Assembly (NCBI RefSeq): GCF_009914755.1
Contig: NC_060925.1
DNA length: 64,000 bases
Source: the human T2T-CHM13v2.0 reference genome, Homo sapiens
Direction: 5' to 3' (one strand)
This document shows, in pieces, positions 1-12,570 of this stretch. Numbering within the stretch: position 1 is the stretch's first letter; the number at the start of each line of letters is the position of its first letter. Below the pieces are notes generated by a model that was not told the origin of the DNA, ran no database searches, and saw only the letters and a list, made by a program, of their open reading frames with translations. The translations under genes were made by a program, and so were the position numbers.

Positions 1-305
1 GGGTAGGGTGGGCACTGGGCAAGGGCTCCAGCTGGGCCCTGGAGATGGGGAGGAGAGCTGGGAACCCTCTTGTGTGGCTCATCACCAACCAGTAGCAGGA
101 GGGACTGAGCTTAGACTACTGGGATAACAAGTCCTGCCGAGCAGAGTGGGGAGACCCAGAGCCAGCGACGAAGGTGCTCTTGGCACCAGACTCGGCCTGG
201 GCGAACTGAGAGTGCAGGCAGGAGAGTCTGAGGCATTGCGGTGGTCTGCTGCTGTCCACACTCACGCTGCCCCTCTATACCCGGATGCTCCCAGGCCATC
301 CGGGC

Positions 306-915
<610 letters not shown>

Positions 916-1226
916 AAAGTCCAGGAAACCAGGCCTCTGCCCTCTTTCTTTTCTTTTGATGGTGTCAGGGAAGGGAGGTGGGGTCTTTGGGGCATCCTGA
1001 GGAGCTGGGTGCAGGGAGGGGTTGCTGGGTGTTCCCAGTTCCCATCCAGATGTTCCCCCCAGGCAGCCATCTCTGGCCTCAGTTTGATATCTGGGACTAC
1101 TAGTGTAGATGGGGTTTGTCACTGTACCCTTCACCCAGAGGGTCCCAGGTCTAGCAGAGCTTGGCATGACCTCGCAGGGTTTGTGGGACAAGGCTGCTGT
1201 GTTCCACTCTTCCCTTCTCTCCACAG

Positions 1227-1505
1227 AGCCCTGGGCCGGTGTCTCCCTGGCATCAGTGCCCCTGCCGGTAATGGAGGGCCTCGTGGTGGGCTGTGTCCTC
1301 ACCATCTGTGCTGTGCTGGGCCTGCTGTGCTGGAGGCGGGTGAAGGGGCAGAGGTGAGTGGGAGGGAAGGCTGGGGGCTGGGGAGAACTTCATGACCAGA
1401 GTGGGCCAGCTCCCTGCCCCTGGGGCTGCCTCCCACGTGCCCCCTCACCCTTTGCAGGGCAGGGAAGAATCCATTTTCCCAAGAGCTGACAGCTTACAAC
1501 CTGCG
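1227..1505 (+). pseudogene. PTPRVP: PTPRVP transmembrane and juxtamembrane exons
   Basis: ccacag|AGCCC...GCAGAG|gtgagt encodes EPWAGVSLASVPLPVMEGLVVGCVLTICAVLGLLCWRRVKGQR (hydrophobic run plus basic stop-transfer). The 48-nt exon 1458-1505 encodes AGKNPFSQELTAYNLR. Confidence 0.9.
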
Positions 1506-1741
1506 GTGAGTGCATTTTCCTGCACCTCCCTGCCTTGTGGGGGCCATGGTGGCATTGCTGAAGCTCCTCTGGCCCCCATTCTGCTGTGACTGTGTCCCAG
1601 TCAGGGGGTTGCAAGGCTCTGCCAGACCCCCATTCTTCCTCAGCCACCACACCTCCCCAAATGCCTTTTCAATGCCTGGACCTCTCGCTCCCCACTCCTC
1701 TCTGCCCATGTGGCCTCTTCCTCCTCCAAATGCACTCATAC

Positions 1742-2217
1742 ATAAGTCAGGGCTTTCCAGAGAAACAGAACAAACAGGGTGTATGTGGAGAGAGGAGAGA
1801 GGAGAGCAGGGAGAGAGGAGGAAGGAGAGCAGGGAAAGAGAGGACAGGAAGGTGGGGGAGATGAGAGGAGAGGAAAGGGAGAGAGGGGGAAGAGACAGAT
1901 GTTGAGGAATTGGCTCATGTGATTGTGGAGGCTTGGTGAGTCCAGGAATCTGGGGTAGACCAGCAGGCCAAAGGCTCTGGGAAGCGTCTGGAGGCAGCCT
2001 GCTAATAGGATTCCTTCTTGCTCAGAGAAGGTCAGTCTTTGTTCTATGAAAGCCTTCGACTGATTAAATGAGGCCCAGCCACATTAGAGTTTACTCAGTG
2101 AACCACTTTAAATGTTAATCTCATACAAAAAACACCTTCATGGAAACATCCAGAATAATGTTTGACCAACTTTCTGGGCACTGTGACTCAACCCAGTTGA
2201 CACCATATTAACCATCA
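1742..2217. mobile_element. MLT2-family (ERVL) solo LTR with internal GA-rich tract
   Basis: gtcagggctttccagagaaacagaac...gaattggctcatgtgattgtggaggct...cagttgacaccatattaaccatca. Confidence 0.75.
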
Positions 2218-3369
2218 TGCATGCCTTCTCCAGTTCCCACCTTCTCCAGTTCCCACCTTCTCCAGTTCCCACCTTCTCCCTGACCAACCTCGTAGACGGT
2301 ATCAGGCCATAGCTCTTTTCCTCATGTCAACCTCCTGTGGGGCTGACATTAACTGAGCACTGGCTGTGCACAGGAGCCCTCCTCAGGACCTAGGGAGGGA
2401 GACTGTGAGACTCACGCGTGTGTGTGCACATGCGTACATGTCCCCTGTCCCTTCTCTGTTCTTCCACATTGGTGGTTTGCAGCCCAGGCTGGGCGTTGGA
2501 GGAGCTTGCTGGAAATGCACGCTGCTCCACACCCAGGGTGGAATTCAGGATCTGCGTTTCCAACAGGCCCCCAGGTGATCAGGTTGTGCTGCCAGGACTC
2601 TGAGGTCCCCTGCTTTGTACCCGTCACCCAGGGGAGGGCAGGGCAGGACTCTGCAAACCTAAGGCTGTGGGGGCTACCCTCTCCACCTCCCACCAGGTAG
2701 ACCCACCGGCCCATCCCTATCCACAGCTTCAGGCAGAGCTATGAGGCCAAGAGTGCTCACGCACACCAGGCTTTCTTTTTGCAATTCGAGGTAAGGCCTT
2801 TACCACCCTTGGGCTCAGAGGAGGGAAGACTGGGACCTGTCTGAAGGTCTGGAGGGAACTCCCAGTTGCACACTTGCCCCCACTGCCCCTCACCTGGCAT
2901 GGGGTGAGATGGGTCTACTTCAGCAACCAGTGCCTGCCCTTGATCCCTGCAGGAGCTGAAGGAGGTGGGCAAGGAGCAGCCCAGACTGGAGGCTGAGTAC
3001 GCTGCCAACACCACCAAGAACCATTACCCACATGTGCTTCCCTGTGAGTGCTGGGGGCAGGAGAGGAGGCATGGCAGAGGGCTAGGGCTTGGCATGGGGG
3101 CAGGGGGTTTCATGTGCCCAGCCCTGAATGCACAGCTTTCACTCTCTGCAGACGACCACTCCAGGGTCAGGCTGACCCAGCTGGAGGGAGAGCCTCATTC
3201 TGACTACATCAATGCCAACTTCATCCCAGTAAGGGCCACCAGTGAGGCTGTCCATGGGATCTGGGATCTGCTCGGGAGATGGGCTGGTTTGCAGGCCACA
3301 CTGGCCTTTGTTAGCTGTAACAGCTCTCTAGGAGATCACCAGCTTGGGCTTCATGAGCTCAATCCAGCA

Positions 3370-3707
3370 GGTGTCTAGCAAGGGTCTACTGTGTGCTGGG
3401 CTCTGTGCTGGGCCTGCAGGAGGCAGAGCTGAGTTAGCCACATTCCCCACCTTCAAAGGAGCATGTGGGCATGTGTGTGACATTCACCACACACTGTGAC
3501 AAGGGCTGTAATAGAGGAAAAAACACTGTACTCAGGGCACATGGAGGAAGGAGAAATTTCATCCACCTGAGGAATTAAGAAAGGCTTCCCAGAGGGGACA
3601 TTTGGTTTATTGAAGGATGAGTAACATTTTGATAAGTGATGAAAGAGGGAAGGACATTCTATTGACTGGAAGGAGCAGCCAGAGAACAGCCAAGCAGTAA
3701 CGTTCAG

Positions 3708-3766
<59 letters not shown>

Positions 3767-3975
3767 TGGGGGGTGCGTAGGGGTGAGGGAGTGGGGAGGT
3801 GCTGGGTGGTGGGAGATGTAATGGGAAAGATAGCCTGGGGCTGAATGAAGGAGGGGTTGATTGTTAGGCTGAGGACTTTGGACTCTATTTGGTGGGCAAT
3901 GGGGAGCCACAGAAGATTTTTGAGCATGGAAGAAACACAGTTTGGTTTTAGGAAGGTGACTCTGGGTGGGTGAAG
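3370..3975 (-). mobile_element. L2 fragment containing (TG)n
   Basis: gaaaggcttcccagagg, ggactttggactctatt, gggcaatggggagccacagaagatttttgagca are L2-like. Confidence 0.6.
3711..3765. repeat. (TG)~27 microsatellite
   Basis: Uninterrupted gtgtgt run. Confidence 0.98.
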
Positions 3976-4426
3976 AGGGTGGTCTAGGTGGGCTATTTAA
4001 CTCATGTCAGTAGCTTGTTGTTTTCATCGGGGTTTTTCTTGTCCCTTTGGGGTGGGACAGGGACGGGGGTGGTGTCTCTGAAGTCAGCCCTCCTGGTTTG
4101 CATTCTGGGTGTACACGTGTTCGTGTGTTTGCACACATGTAGGTGTGTGCACAGCATCCTCACTCCTGGAGGTCAAATATTGGAAATCTGCTGTGTGTTT
4201 GACACCAAACATCGCCCATTAACATGTTCCTGACCTCTGCCCCCTACACCCCAGGGCTACACCCACCCACCCACCCACAGGAATTCATTGCCTCTCAGGC
4301 GCCTCTCAAGAAAACGCTGGAGAACTTCTGGCGGCTGGTGCGGGAGTAGCAGGTCCGCATCATCATCATGCTGACCGTCGGCATGGAGAACAGGAGGGTG
4401 ATGCGCCTTACAGGCTCCTGGAAAGG

Positions 4427-4440
4427 CCACCAGGTGGCGC
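4427..4440 (+). promoter_or_regulatory. Candidate CTCF site
   Basis: CCACCAGGTGGCGC, a perfect match to CCASYAGRKGGCRS. Confidence 0.65.
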
Positions 4441-6572
4441 ACGTTCTCCTTGTGGGAATGGCCCCGTTGGCATCTTCCCGCAGGGAAGGCGGGGCAGACT
4501 GGAGTGAGGCCAATCAGGCCTGGAGGGTGGTGGAACCACCTCCCACCCAGACCCAGGATGGGGTGGTCCCTGGGATGGGGAGGCAGTGGGAGGAACCAGG
4601 TATGTAAGCTCCAGCTTGGCTTAGTTTCTACGGGCTTCTTGCCCTGGGCAGAGAAGGCACCAAGGGGTAGGGACTGCCCAGGGCCAGTGTCAAAGGTACC
4701 ATCATGGATCCTTCCTTTCGATAAGCCTGGCAGATGCAGGGCCCTGGGACACGCAGAGAGGCTGCCGAGTCTGTCCTCTTGCTGGAGCAGTGAGCCCAGG
4801 GCTGCTGGCCGCGGAATAAGGGCTGTTCTGTTTGGCACAGCAAGCTGGTGGCTGACTCAGAATCCTGAGGGTCATGAGAGGTCTGAGGGCAAGGGTGCCG
4901 GAGCCCAGGCAAGGGAGAGCAGCTCCTGGAGGAGGGAGCCTTGGAGCTGGGTCATTACAGAGAGCAGAATCCCAGCAGGGTGTCAGGGACCAGAAAGGTG
5001 GGCAGGGAGGGGTGGGACTGGGTAAAGCAGGGGGCAGCAGTGATAGGGCTGGGCTCACAGCCACCCTTCCCCTCTCCAACCTTCTGGTCCCAGGTGCTGT
5101 GTGAGCATTACTGGCTGACCGACTCTACCCCGGTCACCCATGATCACATCACCATCCACCTCCTAGCCGAGGAGGCTGAGGATGAGTGGACCAAGCGGGA
5201 ATTCCAGCTGCAGCACATGCGTGCCCCAAGGATGAGGGGGTGGGACAGGCATTAGAGCTGAGACCCCTGAGAAGGTTGCCTCACTTCCTGGGTCCCTGGA
5301 GCCCTCTCTTTCGGAGGACCACAAGTACTCAGCCACCACCCAGGGAAGTGTGTGTTAGGGAAGGGGTAGGGAGGTACAGAGAAGGTTAAGGGCTTATCTG
5401 AGGCTGCACAGTGAGGGAAAGGAAGAGCACGAGAGACATGATGGTTCCTGACCTCCCCCATGCCAGCTCCGGGCTCCTGCCTCACCCCATGCCCCCTGTG
5501 CCCAACTGCCTTCCCAGGTTGTGCACTCCTGGGACAGGAAAGCAAGGGACCCGAATCACTCCTCTGCTTGGGCACTCTATATGCAGAGATTACCCAGGAG
5601 GCTAGAGAAGGACCCGAGGGCTCAGGAAGCATCCTGATGAGAGAGACATAGCTGCCACGCTCAAGGAACAGTTGGTCTGCATCATCCCTGCCCTTAGGCA
5701 GCTGGGGAAGAAAGTGTGAGGTCTGGGCCATGGGAGCCTAGAGTTAGGAAGATAAGGAGCAGCAGCAGGGCCCCTCTGCCCCCTTGCCCCCTTGCCCCCT
5801 TGCCCCCTTCCCACCCCCTTCTCAGGTTGTCCAGCAACAGCAGCGGAGGGTGGAGTAACTGCAATTCACCACCTGACCTGACCACAGCATCCTCAAGGCC
5901 CCCAGCTCCCTGCTTACCTTTATGGAGCTGGTACAGGAACAGGCAAGGGCCACCCAGGGCATGGGACCCATCCTGGTGCCCTGCAGGAGGGCAGGTGAGT
6001 GCATAGGGTGGAGAGCCCCCTGCCTGGCCTGGAGGTGTCGGGGGCTCTCGGACTGTGGGGAGAGCTGGGGACATGGGCAGCCTCTTCACCCATTCAGTTC
6101 CTCAGGGGCTGTCCCCGCAGTGTGGGCATGGGCCAGACGGGCACCTTCGTGGCCCTGTTGAGGCTGCTGCAGCAGCTGGAGGAGGAGCAGATGGTAGATG
6201 TGTTCCATGCTGTGTTTGCATTCTGGATGCACGGGCCCCTCATGATCCAGACCCTGGTGAGGGCCTCGCAGGCTGGGCTGGGCAGCTGGGACCCTGAAGG
6301 AGTGGGAGGGAGGTGGGTGGCCACAGGGCTACAAGAGGGACCAGGAAAGAGAGCTCATGGGGCATACAGAAGACCCTGGGGAGAGGGTTTCAAACACAAC
6401 ACCATCCTATCTGGGCTGTGCTCCCTATTCTGTGAAAGGGGAGGTGGGACAGGACCCTGTCAGCTTTGACACCATAGAGCGGTGGAGGGAAGGTTTCTCA
6501 GTGGCTCCCTCTCCCCTCCTACCCGATCCCTGCCTTGCTGGTCAGGGCCTGGAAAATCTCCCTGCAGGCCCC

Positions 6573-6614
6573 CCTCGCTCCTCGCTCCTCGCTCCTCGCT
6601 CCTCGCTCCTCGCT
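6573..6614. repeat. (CCTCGCT)6 tandem repeat
   Basis: Read directly; sits just upstream of the 6644 acceptor. Confidence 0.9.
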
Positions 6615-6840
6615 GAGCAGCCTGATGCCCTTCCCCCTGGCAGAGCCAGTACGTCTTCCTGCACAGCTGCCTACTGAACAAGATTCTGGAAGGGCCCTTC
6701 AACATCTCTGAGTAAGTCCCAGCTTCCCTGTGCCTCCCACAGGCAGGCTCCCTGCTCCTGTTCATGGGCAGAGCCGAGCAGACTAGAACAGGGAGCTGGG
6801 GAACCTTGAGTGCCTTCTCCCTCTCCAACCCCCCCACCAG

Positions 6841-8925
6841 GTCTTGGCCCATCTCTGTGATGAACTTCGCACAGGCGTGTGCCAAGAGGGCAGCCAATGC
6901 CAACGCTGGCTTCTTGAAGGAGTACAAGGTACACTTCAGGCCAGGAAGTGGGTGACAGCCAAGGGCAGCCTTCCCCTGCTGAGCCAGCCCTGCAGTGGGA
7001 CCTCCCAGCCTCAGGGTACCCATCTCCTTCCCAGCTCTTGCTGCAGGCCATCAAGGACGAGGCTGGCTCTTCCGCACCCCTGCCTGGCTATGAGCAGGAC
7101 AGCCCCATCTCCTGTGAGTCTCACTGTGGACCCTGTGGAGGGGCAGGGGGCCAGCATGGGCTGGGGGCCTCTGGCAGCTTCACCCTCACTGTCTTCCCTC
7201 AGATGACTGTTCTCAGGGGCAGTTTTCTCCAGTGTAGGAGAGCACCCCTGACGACATGCCTGAAGCCTGGCTCTTCCCTGTGAGATGATGCTGGTTTTGC
7301 CACTGTTTCCTGCCCTCTCTGACCACCTGTACTTCCCGGGCTGGGGCTGCTGGGGGCTCCCAGAGTTGTGGGCTGGGCAGGGGACACCCTCAGTCTCTGG
7401 AAGCCAATGAGCTGTGCTCTGCAGGGTGGGCCCTCTGGCTGTGATCATATGGTGCTGACTGGCCTCGCAGGGCCAGAGGAGCTCTGGGAGCTGGTGTGGC
7501 AGCACGGGGCTCATGTGCTTGTCTCTCTGTGCCCACTCGATGCCATGGAGAAGGTGAGAGTGCAGAGGACAGAGGAAGGGAGGCTCAGGAGTTAGGGCTG
7601 AGGTTGGAGGCGGGTAGTTTGTGGTGCTGTCTAACCAGGGCAGGGGCAGAGATCTCAGGAAGTTGCCTGAGCAGCCCTAACTTGGTCCCAGCCACAGGAA
7701 TTCTGGCCAATGGAGATGCAGCCCATAGTCACAGACATGGTGACAGTGCACTGGGTGGCCGAGAGCAGCACAGTGGGCTGGCTCTGTGCCCTCTTCAGGG
7801 TCACACATGTAGGTGTTGGGGCCACAGGGCATGGGGTGGTGTGTGGGAGAAGAGTCCTGTGTGGGCTCCCTCTGCCCTCTCCAGCACCAATGCCGATCAT
7901 GTCTTTGCCCGAGGGGGAGAGTAGGAAGGAAAGGGAGGTGCAGAGACTGCAGTTTCCATACCTGGAGCCTGGGCATGAGCTGCCCGCCACCACCCTGCTG
8001 CCCTTCCTGGCTGCTGTGGGCCAGTGCTGCTCTCGGGGCAACAGCAAGAAGCCGGGCACACTGCTCAGCCACTCCAGGTGTTGCTGGACAATGGTCTTGG
8101 GGGAGTGGACACTGGAAGCCCCTCCCTGCCCCTCTGGCATAGCCTCAGATCTCCCTGGGCCCTGCTTGGGTTATGGGCCAAAAGGACACAGTCTCACAAT
8201 GCCCCTGTCTTCCCCACACCCTACCCTGTCCTCAGGAATATGGTGGGAATTTACCGCCTCCCTCCCTGGGCCCAGGCTGGCTGGCTGGCTGACCAAGTGT
8301 TCGGTGTCCCTTCTCAGTCCCTGCACCCAGGTTGGGTTTTTGCAGATCCCCGGACACCCCCGCCACATCCCCGGACACCCCTGCCACACCCCCTTTAGGT
8401 ACCTCATCCAACTCTAGGTCAGTTGCAGCAAGGGTGCGACCCAGCTGGGCACCTTCCTGGCCATGGAGCAGCTGCTGCAGCAGGCAGGGTCTGAGTGCAC
8501 CGTGGATGTCTTTAACGTGGCCCTGCAGCAGTCTCAGGCCTGTGACCTTATGACCCCAACGCTGGTGAGAGGCGATGGGGCTGGGGTGGGGGCGTGGGGG
8601 CTCAGCTGTGGGAAGGGGTGGGAGGTGAGGGAGCTTCTGCCCAGGCCTCTAGGCAGCACCACCCGGGTAGCCACCAGGTGGCGCTGTGGACCTCTGTGCA
8701 TTCTCCCAGATGGAGCCCTAGGGGTTGGGACACACAAGGGAGCCCTTTTCTGTTAGATTGGGGCAGGCGGGGCGAGCCTCCTAACCCTATGTCCATCTCC
8801 AGAAGCAGTATATCTACCTCTACAATTGTCTGAACAGCGCACTGGCAGACGGGCTGCCCCTGAGTCGGCACTGGTCACTGTGCAGGAGAGGTTTGTGCCC
8901 TGTGGGATGGGGACAGCATTCCTGA
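6841..8925 (+). pseudogene. PTPRVP: PTPRVP distal pseudophosphatase domain D2
   Basis: Exon sizes and phases parallel D1 (77-nt and 136-nt exons in both). Encodes ELWELVWQH, EFWP, LQFP, TLLSHSSKG, QYIYLYNCL. One stop, TAG 7235-7237. Confidence 0.9.
8671..8684 (+). promoter_or_regulatory. Candidate CTCF site
   Basis: CCACCAGGTGGCGC, perfect consensus, with a GCAGCACC upstream-module-like element at 8653. Confidence 0.7.
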
Positions 8926-9001
8926 CACATCCACGTGGGCCTGGGCTCCCCAGAAGGGCGGCCTCCACTGGGCCCTGTGCTGCAAAGGTAAAGGGTCTTG
9001 G

Positions 9002-9007
9002 AATAAA
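9002..9007 (+). terminator. Polyadenylation signal of PTPRVP
   Basis: AATAAA 77 nt after the stop codon, followed ~25 nt later by a GT/T-rich element (tgtgttctgtctgt). Confidence 0.75.
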
Positions 9008-10380
9008 GACCTGTGGCCAAGCGTGAAGCTCAGTGTGTTCTGTCTGTCCGTCCTCAGACCTGGGCCCCGTGTGTGGGTCTTGTGGGCAAACGTGGAGCCG
9101 GGATGGAAGCTAGTACCTGGAGTCTGGTTGAACTAGGTGACCTATGGCCCCTATGGTGTTGGTTTTTCCCCTGAAGCAATCCTCTCCCTGCTAATCCTTC
9201 AGTTTCTAAATATCCTCAGACTTTGGTCTCTCCACGTCTAGTTTCCTGTGGTGCTAAGCCCTGGATTCAGAATCACAGCTCCAAATTGTTCGTCCTCTGC
9301 CCCACCACCCTGTACGCACCACGCTGTATGCAGTAGGGTTTATCCTGTTTCCCACTTCCCTTCTCCTGCCATCCCCAGCCTTCTCTACCTGCCAGAGCCC
9401 CCAGGGGCCACCCTCAGCCCCCACCAGGATGGAGGTGCCAGAGCTACCCTGTTACTCAGAAGGCAGGCGCTGGAGGCACCCCTCAGGCGGAGGTGCCAAG
9501 TTTTCCCTGCTCCTTTGCTCTCTCCTCCTTCCTCCCCTCCACATAGGAGGAGGTGGAGGAGAAAGCAGGGAGGGCATATGGAGAAAGGAAAAACCAGGAG
9601 GAGCAGCAGAGACCAGAAAAGAGGGCGGGGAGGCAGCTGTCTGTCCCACACACTCTAGGACTGCACTGCATACCATGTGCGTGATTGCTGGTGGCCACAT
9701 GAGCTCCTGCCTCCCTCCCTGGTCAGGCTGGGAGTTTCCAGGTGCAGTGCCTGATGCTGGACCTTAACTGCCCCTGGTGGAAGGCCCTGGGAGGACACAG
9801 AGAAAGCCTGGACAGATCAGAGCAAGAGTCCCTGAAGTGGAGTTGGGTCTCCCCAAGGGGAAGAGGGGAGAGCTCTTTGGCCAACCTGAGTTCCTACTAA
9901 GGTGCAACGGGTCAGAAGTCAGTGGAGGGTCCTTCTCAGGGCTGGTTGAAGAAGGGTACAGAGGTCGTGCTGGCTGCTCAGCCGGGAGCTTTCCCAGAAT
10001 GAGACTAAAGCACTGGTGCCCTCCCAGGAGGACTAAATGTCAGTGTCCTCCATATGCCATGTTTATCAGGAGCTGAGGGTGGGCCCCCTAATGACCCTCA
10101 TAAAAGCAGGCTGGAGGCTCTGCTCTGAGCTGCCCAAGTCTGTCTCAAGCAGCTGCTGCTGAGGTTGAAACAGGGCTCAACCATGGCTTTTCCACTCTGG
10201 GAAGATCTCACATTGGAGCAGCAGGAGCTGCAAATGAGATGGAGCCGAGGCTATGGTTGAGTGAAGGAAGTGCAGGCTGGCCTGCGGTAGCTTTCTTCCA
10301 TAGGGCAGAGGTGGCTCTATCTGTGGGTCTTTCTGGTCATGTAGGCCCATCCTCTGGCCTTCCTAAGAGGCTCGTCTTCT

Positions 10381-12077
10381 TTTATTTATTTATTTATTTA
10401 TTATTATTTTTTTAATTGATCATTCTTGGGTGTTTCTCGCAGAGGGGGATTTGGCAGGGTCACAGGACAATAGTGGAGGGAAGGTCAGCAGATAAACAAG
10501 TGAACAAAGGTCTCTGGTTTTCCTAGGCAGAGGACCCTGCGGCCTTCCGCAGTGTTTGTGTCCCTGGGTACTTGAGATTAGGGAGTGGTGATGACTCTTA
10601 ACGAGCATGCTGCCTTCAAGCGTCTGTTTAACAAAGCACATCTTGCACCGCCCTTAATCCATTTAACCCTGAGTGGACACAGCACATGTTTCAGAGAGCA
10701 CAGGGTTGGGGGTAAGGTCACAGATCAACAGGATCCCAAGGCAGAAGAATTTTTCTTAGTACAGAACAAAATGAAAAGTCTCCCATGTCTACCTCTTTCT
10801 ACACAGACACGGCAACCATCCGATTTCTCAATCTTTTCCCCACCTTTCCCGCCTTTCTATTCCACATAGCCGCCATTGTCATCCTGGCCCGTTCTCAATG
10901 AGCTGTTGGGCACACCTCCCGGACGGGGCGGCTGGCCGGGCAGAGGGGCTCCTCACTTTCCAGTAGGGGCGGCTGGGCAGAGGCGCCCCTCACCTCCCGG
11001 ACGGGGCGGCTGGCCAGGCGGGGGGCTGACCCCCCCACCTCCCTCCCGGATGGGGCGGCTGGCCGGGCAGAGGGGCTCCTCACTTCCCAGTAGGGGCGGC
11101 CGGGCAGAGGCGCCCCTCACCTCCCGAGCGGCTGGCCGGGCGGGGGGCTGATTCCCCCACCTCCCTTCCGGACGGGGTGGCTGGCCAGGCGGGGAGCTGA
11201 CCCCCCCATCTCCCTCCCGGACGGGGTGGCTGCCGGGCGGAGACGCTCCTCACTTCCCAGACGGGGTGGCTGCCGGGCGGAGGGGCTCCTCACTTCTCAG
11301 ACGGGGCGGCTGCTGGGCGGAGGGGCTCCTCACTTCTCAGGGCGGTTGCCAGGCAGAGGGTCTCCTCACTTCTCAGACGGGGCGGCCGGGGAGAGACGCT
11401 CTTCACATCCAGGACGGGGCGACAGGGCAGAGGCGCTCCCCACATCTCAGACGATGGGCAGCCGGGCAGAGACGCTCCTCACTTCCTAGATGGGATGGCG
11501 GCCGGGAAGAGGTGCTGCTCACTTCCTAGATGGGATGGCGGCTGGGCAGAGACGCTCCTCACTTTCCAGACTGGGCAGCCAGGCAGAGGGGCTCCTCACA
11601 TCCCAGACGATGGGCGGCCAGGCAGAGACGGTCCTCATTCCCAGACGGGGTGGCGGCCGGGCAGAGGCTGCAATCTCCGCACTTTGGGAGGCCAAGGCAG
11701 GCTGCTGGGAGGTGGATGTTGTAGCGAGCCGAGATCACGCCACTGCACTCCAGCCTGGGCACCATTGAGCACTGAGTGAAGGAGACTCCGTCTGCAATCC
11801 CGGCACCTCGGGAGGCCGAGGCTGGCGGATCACTCGCAGTTAGGAGCTGGAGACCAGCCTGGCCAACACAGCGAAACCCCGTCTCCACCCAAAAAATACG
11901 AAAACCAGTCAGGCGTGGCGGCATGCGCCTGCAATTGCAGGCACTCGGCAGGCTGAGGCAGGAGAATCAGGCAGGGAGGTTGCAGTGAGCCGAGATGGCA
12001 GCAGTACAGTCCAGCTTCGGCTCGGCATCAGAGGGAGACCGTGGAAAGAGGGGAGAGGGAGAGGGAGAGCGAGAGCG
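10381..12077 (-). mobile_element. Full-length SVA retrotransposon (probably SVA_D-like)
   Basis: Poly-T 10381-10413, SINE-R, GC-rich VNTR ~10915-11660, Alu-like domain, and (GAGAGG)n hexamer remnant to 12077. TSD GAGGCT(C/T)GTCTTCT at 10367-10380 and 12078-12091. Confidence 0.97.
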
Positions 12078-12570
12078 GAGGCTTGTCTTCTACTTTCAGC
12101 GCCATGGCACCAACTGGAGGCCTAGGGTCAAGGTCTGCTCATTTCTTGGTCCAGCTATGCAGCCCCTCTAGCCCTGGGAGGTTATTGGGAGAGTGGAGAG
12201 GTGTTGATGAGAGGATCCTGGCATGTGGAAAGACAGGGTGGAAGAAATCCTGGATGCCTCTGAGGTCCCAGGTTTCTAGTATACCCTCTGGCTGGACCAT
12301 GGGGAGATAGGGCAAAAAAAGGAAGGAGGGGGGCCCACAGCCTGCTCTAGCTCTGCGCGGGGGCTTGGCTCAGCATGGGAGAGACCAGAGAGAGCAAGAG
12401 GCTGCATGAAGGAAGCACAGCCAGCTCACTATGGTCTAAGGAGAGAACAGGGATTGACCTCAGTTTTAACCACCATGCCCTTTGCTCTCCAGGGCTCTGG
12501 GGCCGGCCCAGGTCAGCCACTTGGTGGGATTCCAGCCTCAGGGTGGCTGAGCTGCAGGTGCAGCACCCGG

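Larger units (their letters stand above)
2953..6711 (+). pseudogene. PTPRVP: PTPRVP membrane-proximal PTP domain D1 (disabled)
   Basis: Motifs KNHYPHVLPYDHSRV, DYINANF, FIASQAPL, FWRLV, CEHYW, TT*PDHS, ILVPCSVGMGQTG, IQTLSQYVFL. Lesions: 8-nt duplication 4270-4277, TAG 4347, AT donor 5217, TAA 5856, TGA 5874, GA donor 5987. Confidence 0.93.
1227..9007 (+). pseudogene. PTPRVP: PTPRVP (OST-PTP/Esp receptor tyrosine phosphatase) unitary pseudogene, 3' half
   Basis: 17 exons traced by splice signals and PTP motifs: 1227-1353, 1458-1505, 2697-2790, 2953-3043, 3152-3228, 4255-4397, 5094-5216, 5826-5986, 6121-6256, 6644-6711, 6841-6928, 7035-7113, 7203-7279, 7425-7553, 7692-7808, 7914-8077, 8429-8564, plus a terminal exon from 8803 (stop 8923-8925). 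Several in-frame stops and a frameshift. Lies immediately upstream of LGR6. Confidence 0.95.

Noticed and set aside
2226-2278. (TTCTCCAGTTCCCACC)x3 and (CCCCTTGC)n at ~5778-5810
   Set aside because: Ordinary short slippage repeats with no sign of function.
10420-12310. Multiple GC-rich ORFs
   Set aside because: All lie within or start in the SVA SINE-R, VNTR or Alu-like domains.
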